NCBI GenBank assembly: GCA_038064795.1
Contig: JBBTSH010000006.1
Location: forward strand, 1 to 36,465
Length of the DNA: 36,465 nt
Direction: 5' to 3'
Origin: Patescibacteria group bacterium
Lineage (GTDB): Bacteria; Patescibacteriota; Minisyncoccia; Phycocordibacterales; SBAW01
Numbering within the stretch: position 1 is the first letter of the stretch; every line of letters starts with the position of its first letter. The translations under genes and the position numbers were made by a program. Shown piece after piece: positions 8,595 through 16,915 of this stretch. The notes under the pieces were generated by a model. The model was not told the origin of the DNA, ran no database searches, and saw nothing but the letters and a program-made list of their open reading frames with translations.

Positions 8595-9857
8595 ATGAAC
8601 TTTTTACTCAATTGGAAATGGATAGTAGTGGGGGCCGTGGGATGTATTGTTCTTGTGTTTGCCGCGTGGTTTTTCTTCTTCCGCTCATCGGCTGAACTCG
8701 TGAGCACCGCACCGACGAGCGTTGATTTTGGCATCGCAAACGAGCGGCCGGGCGTTGCAGGCCAGGGCGAGACCAATACGCCAGGCGGTGCAACCAACGA
8801 GCCATTTACTCCTTCGCAAAATACGCAAAACCAAAAAATATTTCAGTTGGCTGCAGGCCCGATTGCCGGCGCGGTGCTTATCCAGACAACGCGGCCAACA
8901 ACAACACTCGCGCGTTTTATCATGGCCGAAAGCGGCCGCGTCTTTGACCTGCCGCTCGATGTCCCCGGCGCGCTGCCTCGCTCCGTTTCAAATACTACGA
9001 TCCCCGGCATTGCGCGCGCACTATGGCTCCCCGAAGGCCTGGGTGCCTTGGTGCAGTACGAAAGCGACGGCGTACGCAAAACGCTTTTCTTAGGGCTCGT
9101 CAACGCTTCCACAACACTTAACGCCTCGGCCAACCCGCAACCAACGCACATACAATATCTACCCGACAATATTATCGACCTTGCTCTCTCGCCAGACGGA
9201 AAAAACGTCGCGTATCTGCTTACAACCAAAAGCGGGGTCGACGGCCATGTGGCAAAATCCGACGGAACCGGTGCAAAAAAATTATTTTCCTCGCCGCTTT
9301 CGCAAGCACTGCTCTCCTGGCCGGCCGCCAACACGTTGCTCTTGCAAACAAAATCCGTATACGGCGCGCTCGGCGCCGCATTTTCAGTCGATACGCGGAC
9401 CGGCGCGCTGAGTACGCTCTTTTTCGCCAACGCGCTCTCAAGCATCGCGGACAAAACTTTTTCACGCGTCATCTATCAAACTGTTTTAGATTCGGGGATC
9501 CGCACCACCTTTGTCCACGACCTCGCACGCAACCGGGACACCGGGCTTTCGTTTAGCCCTATTCCGTCCAAGTGTGTGTGGGGTGCCACGGCAACCTCGA
9601 CCTTGTATTGCGCAACACCCTTGCAATATGTCCCGCCGAACTATATGGACCTGTGGCTGATGGGGCTTGCAGGAGCCGCAGACTCGCTTGTTTCATTTAA
9701 CGTTACGGGCGGATCTTCTTTGATCCGCGCAACGCCGGGGACTGACGGAGGCGTTCCGTCGGACATGATAGAGATTTCTCCATCGCCCGACGAAAAATAT
9801 CTCTCCTTTATTCGCAGAAGCGACCGGACACTCTGGGGGATTAGGCTGACGCAGTAA
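8595..9857 (+). CDS. Membrane-anchored protein with TolB/PD40-like beta-propeller repeats
   Basis: N-terminal TM segment WIVVGAVGCIVLVFAAWFFFF. Repeated LSPDGKNVAYL / ISPSPDEKYLSFI motifs resemble PD40 (TolB-type) propeller blades. Last gene of the co-directional cluster. Confidence 0.6.
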   Translation: MNFLLNWKWIVVGAVGCIVLVFAAWFFFFRSSAELVSTAPTSVDFGIANERPGVAGQGETNTPGGATNEPFTPSQNTQNQKIFQLAAGPIAGAVLIQTTRPTTTLARFIMAESGRVFDLPLDVPGALPRSVSNTTIPGIARALWLPEGLGALVQYESDGVRKTLFLGLVNASTTLNASANPQPTHIQYLPDNIIDLALSPDGKNVAYLLTTKSGVDGHVAKSDGTGAKKLFSSPLSQALLSWPAANTLLLQTKSVYGALGAAFSVDTRTGALSTLFFANALSSIADKTFSRVIYQTVLDSGIRTTFVHDLARNRDTGLSFSPIPSKCVWGATATSTLYCATPLQYVPPNYMDLWLMGLAGAADSLVSFNVTGGSSLIRATPGTDGGVPSDMIEISPSPDEKYLSFIRRSDRTLWGIRLTQ

Positions 9858-10314
9858 CTCCCTGCGGCGAGCGATACTTGAGCACAATGTGGCGAAATTT
9901 TCCTTCGCCCGCCGACTCTGTTTTAATTTCAGGGTCTTCGGCAAAGAGTTCGTGGACGACGAGCCGCTCGTACGGGCTCATGGGGCTCATCTCGACGTCG
10001 TGTTTAAAAAGCCGGGCGCGCTGCGCAAGCATGCGCGCATTCGCGCGTACCGCCTCCATGAGCTGTTCGTGATATCCGTTTACGTCGATAGAAAAATTTG
10101 CGGCTTCTTCGCCGTGTTTCGCTTCGACAAGCCGGCGCGCGATTGTGTTGAGCGAGCGCAAATGCTCACCGTGAGGCCCGATGAGCCGCTTTGAGTCGTC
10201 CGAGCGCACCGCGATGATGGTGCGATGGCCTTCTTTCACGGTAATGTCCGAGACCGCGACATCGAGCGTTGCGAGGAGGGTGGAAACCGTTTCTTTAAGG
10301 AGGGTAGGCGACAT
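9841..10314 (-). CDS. jag: Jag/KhpB-like RNA-binding protein (KH + R3H domains)
   Basis: KH-like LIGPHGEHLRSLNTI and R3H-like MSPYERLVVHELF....TESAGEGKFRHIVL. It sits downstream of yidC as in many bacteria. The 3' end overlaps the convergent gene by 17 nt. Confidence 0.75.
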   Translation of the reverse strand: MSPTLLKETVSTLLATLDVAVSDITVKEGHRTIIAVRSDDSKRLIGPHGEHLRSLNTIARRLVEAKHGEEAANFSIDVNGYHEQLMEAVRANARMLAQRARLFKHDVEMSPMSPYERLVVHELFAEDPEIKTESAGEGKFRHIVLKYRSPQGVTASA

Positions 10315-10320
10315 GGGCCT

Positions 10321-10326
10321 AGAATA
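10321..10326 (-). promoter_or_regulatory. -10-like hexamer for jag (leaderless configuration)
   Basis: The minus strand reads TATTCT + AGGCCC (6 nt) + ATG (10314). Confidence 0.35.
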
Positions 10327-10378
10327 TATAAAGTCGCTGCAAACAACAAGTACCGTAAATCTGATTTGTATGTCGTAT

Positions 10379-11104
10379 TTATAGTACTTCTTTTCCTGCT
10401 TGCACTTGCTTCCGGATGACCCATTCCTGGCCCAACGAGACGATGTTGCTTACCGTAAAATAGACGCCCACGGCCGCGGGGAAAGTGTAGGAAATAATGC
10501 CAATGAACACCGGCATGAAGTACAACATCATATTGTTTTGCATCTTTAACGCCGCCGCACGCTCGGGAGAAATGGGCTGGTTGTTGTTGCTCGTGCGCAT
10601 AATAGTGAGCCGTATCGCGAGATACTGCGTCAGCCCGACGACAAGCGCCAAAATAATGTGGTGCGGGGTAAGCAGGTTAATACCGAAAAAATTGGTGTCT
10701 ACCATTGGTGGCGATGATACAAAAGAATAGAGCAGGGCGGTGTCGATTTCAGGAAATCCTTCACGAAAAAGAGCGTAATAAAGGGCGATAATAAGAACAA
10801 ATTGCACGATGAGCGCCAAAAAGCCCGCAAAGGGACGCACGTTGTGTTTTTTCATAAGCCCCATGCGCTGTTTGGCAAGTTCTTGGGGGTTGTTTTTATA
10901 TTTTTCCGAAATAATTTCGAGTTCCCCTTGCATAGCTTGCATCGCCATTTGCGTTCGGATTGAAGAGGTAAATACCGGGTAGAGTACGAAGCGCATAAGC
11001 AAGGTTATTGCGATAATGGCGAGACCCACATCGCCCCCCGGCACTATGCCAAGTAAAAAAACGAACAGATTATAAATCGGTTGAATAAAAAAAGTTGTAA
11101 ACAT
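10379..11104 (-). CDS. yidC: Membrane protein insertase YidC (short Oxa1-type)
   Basis: The N-terminus ...QPIYNLFVFLL..... and LAIIAITLLMRFVLYPV match conserved YidC/Oxa1 helices, followed by multiple TM segments. Canonical position after rnpA. Confidence 0.85.
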   Translation of the reverse strand: MFTTFFIQPIYNLFVFLLGIVPGGDVGLAIIAITLLMRFVLYPVFTSSIRTQMAMQAMQGELEIISEKYKNNPQELAKQRMGLMKKHNVRPFAGFLALIVQFVLIIALYYALFREGFPEIDTALLYSFVSSPPMVDTNFFGINLLTPHHIILALVVGLTQYLAIRLTIMRTSNNNQPISPERAAALKMQNNMMLYFMPVFIGIISYTFPAAVGVYFTVSNIVSLGQEWVIRKQVQAGKEVL

Positions 11105-11107
11105 ACG

Positions 11108-11440
11108 TTAGTGTATTTGTTGCATCAGTGCTTCCACCTCGACGCGCAACACGGACTCAAGCGGTGGAGCAGGGAGTTTCTGAACAAAAAAAATAACTCG
11201 CGCCGCACGCAAAGAGGGAAGGGCTTGAAGCGCGCGGTACGCGGCGCGGCGGACGCGATTTCGTGCGACTGCGCTGCGCGCTATTGATTTTGACACAATA
11301 ACGGCTGCGCGAAAAGCGCCCGTATCGCTGAGAAATTTCATGCTGAGGTGCGGCGCAAGAGTCCCCAGACGTACGGCCTTGCCCTTTTTGAGCACCTCGT
11401 GTACGTCAGATGTCCTGAGACGCGCTCGTTTGGCAAGCAT
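11108..11440 (-). CDS. rnpA: Ribonuclease P protein component
   Basis: 110-aa basic protein (..RLRTSDVHEVLKKGK.., VARNRVRRAAYRAL) located immediately after rpmH in the conserved rpmH-rnpA-yidC order. Confidence 0.8.
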   Translation of the reverse strand: MLAKRARLRTSDVHEVLKKGKAVRLGTLAPHLSMKFLSDTGAFRAAVIVSKSIARSAVARNRVRRAAYRALQALPSLRAARVIFFVQKLPAPPLESVLRVEVEALMQQIH

Positions 11441-11452
11441 GGAAAGAAAAAA

Positions 11453-11587
11453 CTAGACGCTAAGGCGCGCGCGGCCCTTGCGTCGGCGGTTGCGAAGCAC
11501 TTTGCGACCGGCTGTGGTGCGTGTGCGCTTTAAAAACCCATGAGAGCGCCCTCGTTTGCGTTTTTTTGGTTGGTACGTTTGCGACAT
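11453..11587 (-). CDS. rpmH: 50S ribosomal protein L34
   Basis: Not in the ORF track because it is under 60 aa. My translation of the minus strand is [44 protein letters not shown], which matches the L34 consensus (TYQP.KRKR...HGF..R..T..GR.VL..RR.KGR..L). Confidence 0.9.
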   Translation of the reverse strand: MSQTYQPKKRKRGRSHGFLKRTRTTAGRKVLRNRRRKGRARLSV

Positions 11588-11593
11588 GTGTCA

Positions 11594-11632
11594 ATGATAA
11601 CGTATCCACACATTTTCCACAACTTGTACACA
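11594..11632. promoter_or_regulatory. rpmH leaderless -10 plus three phased DnaA-box-like 9-mers upstream of dnaA
   Basis: The minus strand reads TATCAT (11594-11599) + 6 nt + ATG of rpmH. The plus-strand 9-mers gtatccaca (11602-11610), ttttccaca (11613-11621) and ttgtacaca (11624-11632) are spaced exactly 11 nt apart. They differ from the consensus TTATCCACA at 1, 1 and 2 positions. Confidence 0.5.
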
Positions 11633-11692
11633 GAATCGTGTTTTTTGACGCGCGAGGTTGTGGGGCGTATTGTTACTGAGCTTTTAGCCTGT

Positions 11693-13024
11693 ATGACAAC
11701 CACGAAAGAACTTTGGGAAAACGCGTTGGTGGAGCTCGAACTCACCATATCGCGGCCAAACTTCAATACGTGGTTTAAGGATACGCACGTCGTCCGCGTC
11801 GAAGAAGGCACAGTATACCTTGGAGTCCCGAGCCAGTTTGCCCGGGACTGGCTTTCCACCAAGTTTCATAAAGATATCCTGCACTCGTTGCGCAGTCTCT
11901 CTGAGAGCGTGCGCGCCGTTGAGTATGTTATTTCTCGCGGCAGCAAAAAGGTCGAAGAAGTGCGGCCCGCCCCATCGGTTTCGGAGCTTCCGCTTGAGAC
12001 CGTCCATGCTAAAACCAACCTTAACCCGCGTTTTACCTTCGGCTCATTTGTGGTTGGGCCTTTTAACGAGCTCGCGCATGCGGCGTCGCAAGCGGTGGTC
12101 CGCAAGCCGGGGATTGCCTACAACCCTCTCTTGATTTATGGCCCCACCGGCTTAGGCAAAACACACCTAATCCAGGCAATCGGCAACCATTTTCGGGTAA
12201 ACGCCCCAGACCGCAAGGTACAGTATGTAACCTCCGAAAAATTCTCCATGGACTACGTTTCGGCGGTTCAGGCAGGAAAAGTACAGAGTTTTAAAGAAAA
12301 ATATCGCCAATTTGATCTCCTTATCATGGATGACATCCAGTTTTTGGCAAAAATGGAGAAAACCAAGGAGGAGTTCTTTCATTTGTTCAATTATCTGCAT
12401 GACGGCAATAAACAACTGGTGTTTTCTTCAGACCAACACCCAAATCTCATCCAAAATCTTGAAGATCGGCTCAAAAGCCGCTTTAACGCGGGGATGATCG
12501 TCTCAGTTATCCCGCCGGACCATGATTCGCGCCTTGCTATCGTGCGCACTAAGGCGGCGGCCAATAATTTTTATCTCTCAGACGAGGTGATGGAGTATCT
12601 GGCGACCACCATTGAAGGCAACGTGCGTGAGCTCGAAGGGGCGCTTAATACACTTCTTTGCCATTTTGAGATGCGGGGCAATCCGCTCACCATCAATGAC
12701 GCTAAAACGCTCCTCCGGGGCGCTGGGAGCGCCAAGAAGGCCGTTTCGGTGCAAGAGGTGGTAAAGACCATTGCGAGTTTTTATGGTGTGGAGGAGAATA
12801 GTATTTATGAAAAAACGCGGCGTAAAGAGGTTGTGCGGCCCCGACAGGTGATTATGTTTCTGTTGCGCGAAGATTTCCGCATCTCATTTCCTACCATTGG
12901 CGAAAAGTTGGGGGGGCGCGACCACACCACCGTAATCCATTCATGCGAAAAAATAAAAGAAAATCTTCAATCGGATAGTATTCTCAGCCAAGAACTACAT
13001 CAAATTAGACTCATGTTGAAATGA
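11693..13024 (+). CDS. dnaA: Chromosomal replication initiator protein DnaA
   Basis: AAA+ Walker A GPTGLGKTHL, Walker B LLIMDDIQF, sensor motifs and a C-terminal DNA-binding domain (..GGRDHTTVIHSCEKI). I place the start at the ATG at 11693 (MTTTKELWENA...). The track ORF from 11540 would overlap rpmH and the DnaA boxes. Confidence 0.9.
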   Translation: MTTTKELWENALVELELTISRPNFNTWFKDTHVVRVEEGTVYLGVPSQFARDWLSTKFHKDILHSLRSLSESVRAVEYVISRGSKKVEEVRPAPSVSELPLETVHAKTNLNPRFTFGSFVVGPFNELAHAASQAVVRKPGIAYNPLLIYGPTGLGKTHLIQAIGNHFRVNAPDRKVQYVTSEKFSMDYVSAVQAGKVQSFKEKYRQFDLLIMDDIQFLAKMEKTKEEFFHLFNYLHDGNKQLVFSSDQHPNLIQNLEDRLKSRFNAGMIVSVIPPDHDSRLAIVRTKAAANNFYLSDEVMEYLATTIEGNVRELEGALNTLLCHFEMRGNPLTINDAKTLLRGAGSAKKAVSVQEVVKTIASFYGVEENSIYEKTRRKEVVRPRQVIMFLLREDFRISFPTIGEKLGGRDHTTVIHSCEKIKENLQSDSILSQELHQIRLMLK

Positions 13025-13222
13025 TGTGGAAAAAGGGAAGGATAACACCTGAATATTGTCTGAAGAAAAATGTAAAAAAATAATTATGCAAAACATACCT
13101 CACCTTACCAACACCTTCATCAGAGTCTCGTCTAACAGAACCACCGTACACCATAGGTCTTTTCCGGAGATATCCACCAATCCACAGGACTAGTAGTAAT
13201 AAATTCTTATATATACAGAGTT
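13025..13222. other. Candidate oriC segment (dnaA-dnaN intergenic: DnaA-box-like sites plus an AT-rich stretch)
   Basis: The 198-nt gap is one of the longest non-coding stretches in the window, second only to the ~300-nt 20360-20660 region. DnaA-box-like sites are tgtggaaaa (13025-13033, the reverse complement of ttttccaca), atatccacc (13170-13178) and aatccaca (13179-13186). The A/T-rich run aaaaatgtaaaaaaataattatgcaaaaca lies around 13066-13095. Confidence 0.5.
13210..13215 (+). promoter_or_regulatory. -10-like hexamer for dnaN (leaderless configuration)
   Basis: TATATA + CAGAGTT (7 nt) + ATG (13223). Confidence 0.35.
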
Positions 13223-14320
13223 ATGAAATTTGAATGCAACACTGAAGAATTGTTACGGGGAGTTGAAACTGCCGTGCGATTTGTTGAACGCCGGCCGAAC
13301 CTCCCTGTTCTTGGAAGTATTTTAATTAGTGCAGAGGGCGGTCGTGTGGTGTTGCGCGCGACGAATCTTGAGTGTGGTGTTGAAATTATTTTGGCCGCCA
13401 AAGTTGGCTCCGAGGGTGTTGTAGCAATTCCAGGCCCTACACTTTTTGGATTTTTATCCAACGCGCGTGGGAAATTGGTTTCGGCGGCTCTCGTTGGGGA
13501 GGTGGTGAAGATTGAAACTGAGAGGGCGTCAGCCTCAATAAAAACGATTCCTCACGATGATTTTCCGGTTTTGCCGAGAGTTTCGGCATCAACCTCATTT
13601 ACCGTTAAGGCGAACGATTTGGTAAAAGCAATCCGCTCGGTTGCATATTGTGCCTCTACCTCCGCGATAAAACCCGAGCTACAAAGCGTGCTTCTTTATG
13701 GTGAGGCGGGCAAACTCATGGCGGTCGCCACCGACTCGTTTCGTTTGGCTGAAAAAGTGATCCCTTTGCGCCAAGGGGGGAGCGTCCCACATCTGTTACT
13801 CCCCGCGCGCAATGCGGCGGAGCTTATGCGCATTGTAGAGCGCGTGAGCGGAGATGTAGAAATTTATTACAACGAAAACCAACTCTCCACCCATCTCGAC
13901 CACACCTACTACACCAGCCGGCTTATTGACGGGTCTTTTCCTAATTATCGACAAATTATCCCCAAGTCGTTTGCAACTGAGGGAGTGGTGTTGCGCGAAG
14001 ATCTTGCGCAGGCGCTGAAGTCTCTGGTTATTTTTGCGGATAAATTTGCACAGGTGTCGGTGTCGATTGAGCCAAGTAAAAAAGCAGTCCTCCTTTCCTC
14101 GCGCAATCCTGATGTGGGCGAACAAATCTCAACTGTGCGCGCCACCCTGCAGGGTGATGCTGTCGCGATCAACTTTAACGGCCGGTATCTGGCCGACAGT
14201 TTGCAGGCTGTTGTGGGTGAAAGTGTGCGCATCCATTCAAACGGCGCAGGCAAGCCGCTCCTTATCAAAGACGCTGCTGACGATTCGTTTTTATACCTTG
14301 CGATGCCGATGAACCGATAA
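13223..14320 (+). CDS. dnaN: DNA polymerase III beta sliding clamp
   Basis: 365 aa. The N-terminus MKFECNTEELLRGVETAVRFVERRPNLPVL..IL and a three-domain length are typical of DnaN. Located directly after dnaA. Confidence 0.9.
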   Translation: MKFECNTEELLRGVETAVRFVERRPNLPVLGSILISAEGGRVVLRATNLECGVEIILAAKVGSEGVVAIPGPTLFGFLSNARGKLVSAALVGEVVKIETERASASIKTIPHDDFPVLPRVSASTSFTVKANDLVKAIRSVAYCASTSAIKPELQSVLLYGEAGKLMAVATDSFRLAEKVIPLRQGGSVPHLLLPARNAAELMRIVERVSGDVEIYYNENQLSTHLDHTYYTSRLIDGSFPNYRQIIPKSFATEGVVLREDLAQALKSLVIFADKFAQVSVSIEPSKKAVLLSSRNPDVGEQISTVRATLQGDAVAINFNGRYLADSLQAVVGESVRIHSNGAGKPLLIKDAADDSFLYLAMPMNR

Positions 14321-14733
14321 TGGCTTTTGCGTTGTTATTAACTGCGGTGGCGTTTCACTTTATCGCCGTGGTCACCGGCGTGTACGATATACAAATCAAT
14401 CAGGGGTTTGTGTGGTTCGACAATGTGCTGCACGTGATTGTCGGTGTGGCGTTTGGGTTGTGGTGGTTTCGCATTTTGCGTACGTGGAGGCCAAATGTTT
14501 CACGAACAGTCACCATCGCTTCATTGTTTGCGTTTGTTTTGTTTTTGGCAATCAGTTGGGAAGTTAGTGAATATATTTTCTTTCAAATATTTGATTCCTT
14601 TGCGCTCGGGCTCAAAGTATATTCGCCCTCGCTGCAAGAAGCGTTTTTTGACGCAGCCTCCGACATGGTGGGGGTATTCATTCTCGTTGGGGTACTTATT
14701 GTCCGAAAGTGGTTCCCCGCGACCACCCAATAA
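14320..14733 (+). CDS. Hypothetical integral membrane protein
   Basis: The start overlaps the dnaN stop (TAATG). Four hydrophobic helices. The 3' end overlaps the convergent PBP gene by 38 nt. Confidence 0.55.
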   Translation: MAFALLLTAVAFHFIAVVTGVYDIQINQGFVWFDNVLHVIVGVAFGLWWFRILRTWRPNVSRTVTIASLFAFVLFLAISWEVSEYIFFQIFDSFALGLKVYSPSLQEAFFDAASDMVGVFILVGVLIVRKWFPATTQ

Positions 14734-16888
14734 CCGGCGGGTCCCAAAGCTGAAACTGCGGATCGTCCGCAGGGTTGCTCGGAGGCGGCCCGGTCGGGTT
14801 GTCTTTGTCTACCCAGTAGAGAATTTCATGGATGTTGTCATCGCTCCCCGGCGTTTGCCACGCACCATTAAGAGCCGCTTTGGTTGCAGGTGTGTACTCA
14901 GCCCGGCTAAATGATTCGTTGGGATATTTGGCAAGCGCGTAGCGCATGACCTCGGACCACATGGGGCCCACAACAAGCCCCGAGACCCGCCCTTTTTGCA
15001 TGGGGGTATTGTCGTTGTTGCCGACCCACATGCCGAGCGCAAACGAAGGCGTATACCCGATGGTCCAGCCGTCGCGGTAATCATCGGTGGTTCCGGTTTT
15101 AAGCGCCACGTCGTAGCCGGGGAAGGAGAGTACCGCATTTACGCCAAGGGGCTCGCGTGCCACAGAGTCGGAAAGCACATCATTTATTTTTTGAGCCACA
15201 TCGCGCTCGAGCACCTGCTCACCGATAGGATGTTCGTTGTCTTCGATGATGTTGCCACCGCCGTCCTCGACGCGCAGCACGGGCGTCGGTTCATAACGTA
15301 CGCCGTCTTGCGCAAACACGCCATAGGCGCTCGTCATTTCAAGCGGTGTTACCTCGCCACCGCCGAGCACCAAGGTGAGCCCGTAGCGCGCAGGGTCATC
15401 AAGTGTGGTGATGCCCATTGATTTGGCAAAACGGATGGTATTTTTGAGACCAGCGAGATAGAGCACCTTAACCGCGGGGATGTTAATGGATTGCGCGAGC
15501 GCGTTGCGCAGCGACATAGGCCCGCGGAAATTATTGTCATAGTTTACCGGCGAATAGCATTCACCCTCGCTGTTGAAGGTAAAGGCCGCGCAGGCGGTTG
15601 AAAATTGTGTCCGCACGTCAAAGACCACCGTGTCGGGCGTGTAGCCCTTGCGAAAGGCTTCGGCATAGGCAAATGGCTTAAAGGCCGAGCCGGGCTGGCG
15701 GCCCGGCTTCATCGCGGCAACGTTATAGGCGCCGGGGATTTCGGTGTCAAAGTAGTTGCGCGAGCCGACCATCGCCAAAATGCCGCCGTTTTTTGGATCA
15801 ATGGCGACCAAGGCGGCATTGGTGGCGTTAAATTTTGCCGCATTGGAAAGCGCTCCGGCGTGCAGAACTTCCTCGGCTTTGACCTGCAACTCGGCATCAA
15901 GCGTGGTGATCACGCGCCACCCGCCCTCTTCAAGCGCATCAATCCCATATTTGTCTTCCAAATATTGCCGCACGAAAAATACAAAATGCGGCGCCTGAAT
16001 CGACGTATCACGTGGCGGTACAAATGTCACATGCGCCGCCTGTGCCTCCGCGCGTTCCGTATCGGTGATGTAACCGTGTTCGAACATTTTGTCGAGTACC
16101 AGATTTTTGCGCACCTCGAGCTGGTCGGTGTGCGACCCATAAGGAGAGAGGCGCGTCGGCGCGGGAAGCACTGCGGCAAGGTATGCGGCCTCAGGGAGCG
16201 CAAGATCGCTCGCGTGTTTGCCAAAAAAAGTCATTGACGCTTCCTCAACTCCGTACATGGAACCACCCATCGGCACTTGGTTGAGATAGAGTTCTAAAAT
16301 TTTTTCTTTAGGCAGCGCTTTTTCAAGCTTGAGTGCCAAAATCCATTCCTTGAGCTTGCGCGCGAATGTGCGGTCGTTGGTTAGTACTGAGCCTTTGACC
16401 ACTTGCTGGGTAATCGTGGAGCCTCCCTGCGTATACCCGCTCGTGATGTGGAGCGTAATGAGCACGTTGTAGAAGATTGCCCGCACGATAGCGAGCGGTT
16501 TGATGCCGCCGTGGGTAAAAAATTCAGGGTCTTCAATAGAGAGCATTGCCTGCGCTACACGAGGAGAAATGCTCTCGAGCGGCACGATGGTGCGCTTCAT
16601 CTTGTCATGGAGGTCATAGAGCAATACTTGACCGGTGCGGTCGTAAATTTTGACCGACTGCTCGAGCTTACGCTCCTGGAGCGAGGCGAGGTCTGGGAGC
16701 TGAAGCGTTGCCGCCCATAACAAAAGCGCGCCTCCCAGAAACAATCCGGCTGTAAGCCCCCAGAGCATGACTGAGCGGGGATTTTTTCGTGCATAGCGCA
16801 CCGCGTGCATGCTGTAGAGGTCTACGGCACGGGCAAACTTTTCTGCCTTGGGCTTATATTCGTCGTATAACGACCGCATTTTTCGCAT
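14696..16888 (-). CDS. Class A penicillin-binding protein (glycosyltransferase + transpeptidase), PBP1A family
   Basis: GT51 motifs EDPEFFTHGGI and RKLKEWILALKLE. Transpeptidase motifs SAFKPF (SxxK), SIN (SxN) and KTGTT. N-terminal TM anchor. The ATG at 16879 (M4) lies 7 nt after a TAGAAT hexamer and may be the true start. Confidence 0.85.
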   Translation of the reverse strand: MRKMRSLYDEYKPKAEKFARAVDLYSMHAVRYARKNPRSVMLWGLTAGLFLGGALLLWAATLQLPDLASLQERKLEQSVKIYDRTGQVLLYDLHDKMKRTIVPLESISPRVAQAMLSIEDPEFFTHGGIKPLAIVRAIFYNVLITLHITSGYTQGGSTITQQVVKGSVLTNDRTFARKLKEWILALKLEKALPKEKILELYLNQVPMGGSMYGVEEASMTFFGKHASDLALPEAAYLAAVLPAPTRLSPYGSHTDQLEVRKNLVLDKMFEHGYITDTERAEAQAAHVTFVPPRDTSIQAPHFVFFVRQYLEDKYGIDALEEGGWRVITTLDAELQVKAEEVLHAGALSNAAKFNATNAALVAIDPKNGGILAMVGSRNYFDTEIPGAYNVAAMKPGRQPGSAFKPFAYAEAFRKGYTPDTVVFDVRTQFSTACAAFTFNSEGECYSPVNYDNNFRGPMSLRNALAQSINIPAVKVLYLAGLKNTIRFAKSMGITTLDDPARYGLTLVLGGGEVTPLEMTSAYGVFAQDGVRYEPTPVLRVEDGGGNIIEDNEHPIGEQVLERDVAQKINDVLSDSVAREPLGVNAVLSFPGYDVALKTGTTDDYRDGWTIGYTPSFALGMWVGNNDNTPMQKGRVSGLVVGPMWSEVMRYALAKYPNESFSRAEYTPATKAALNGAWQTPGSDDNIHEILYWVDKDNPTGPPPSNPADDPQFQLWDPPVIGWSRGTTFGQ

Positions 16889-16892
16889 TCTA
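16887..16892 (-). promoter_or_regulatory. -10-like hexamer for the PBP gene (leaderless configuration)
   Basis: The minus strand reads TAGAAT + GCGAAAA (7 nt) + ATG (16879). The hexamer overlaps the first in-frame ATG at 16888. Confidence 0.35.
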
Positions 16893-16915
16893 CCATTGCT
16901 TCTGCCTATGATACA

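Noticed and set aside
425-9857. Interpreting the T4SS-like block as an integrative conjugative element or prophage
   Set aside because: The block contains no integrase, relaxase, replication or partition genes, no flanking tRNA, and no direct repeats that I could find in the window. It abuts conserved origin-proximal housekeeping genes. I cannot exclude such elements upstream of nt 1.
11540-11692. Extended dnaA start at 11540
   Set aside because: The extension overlaps rpmH on the other strand and the DnaA-box or promoter region. The extra residues are not DnaA-like. MTTTKELWENAL... at 11693 matches typical DnaA N-termini.
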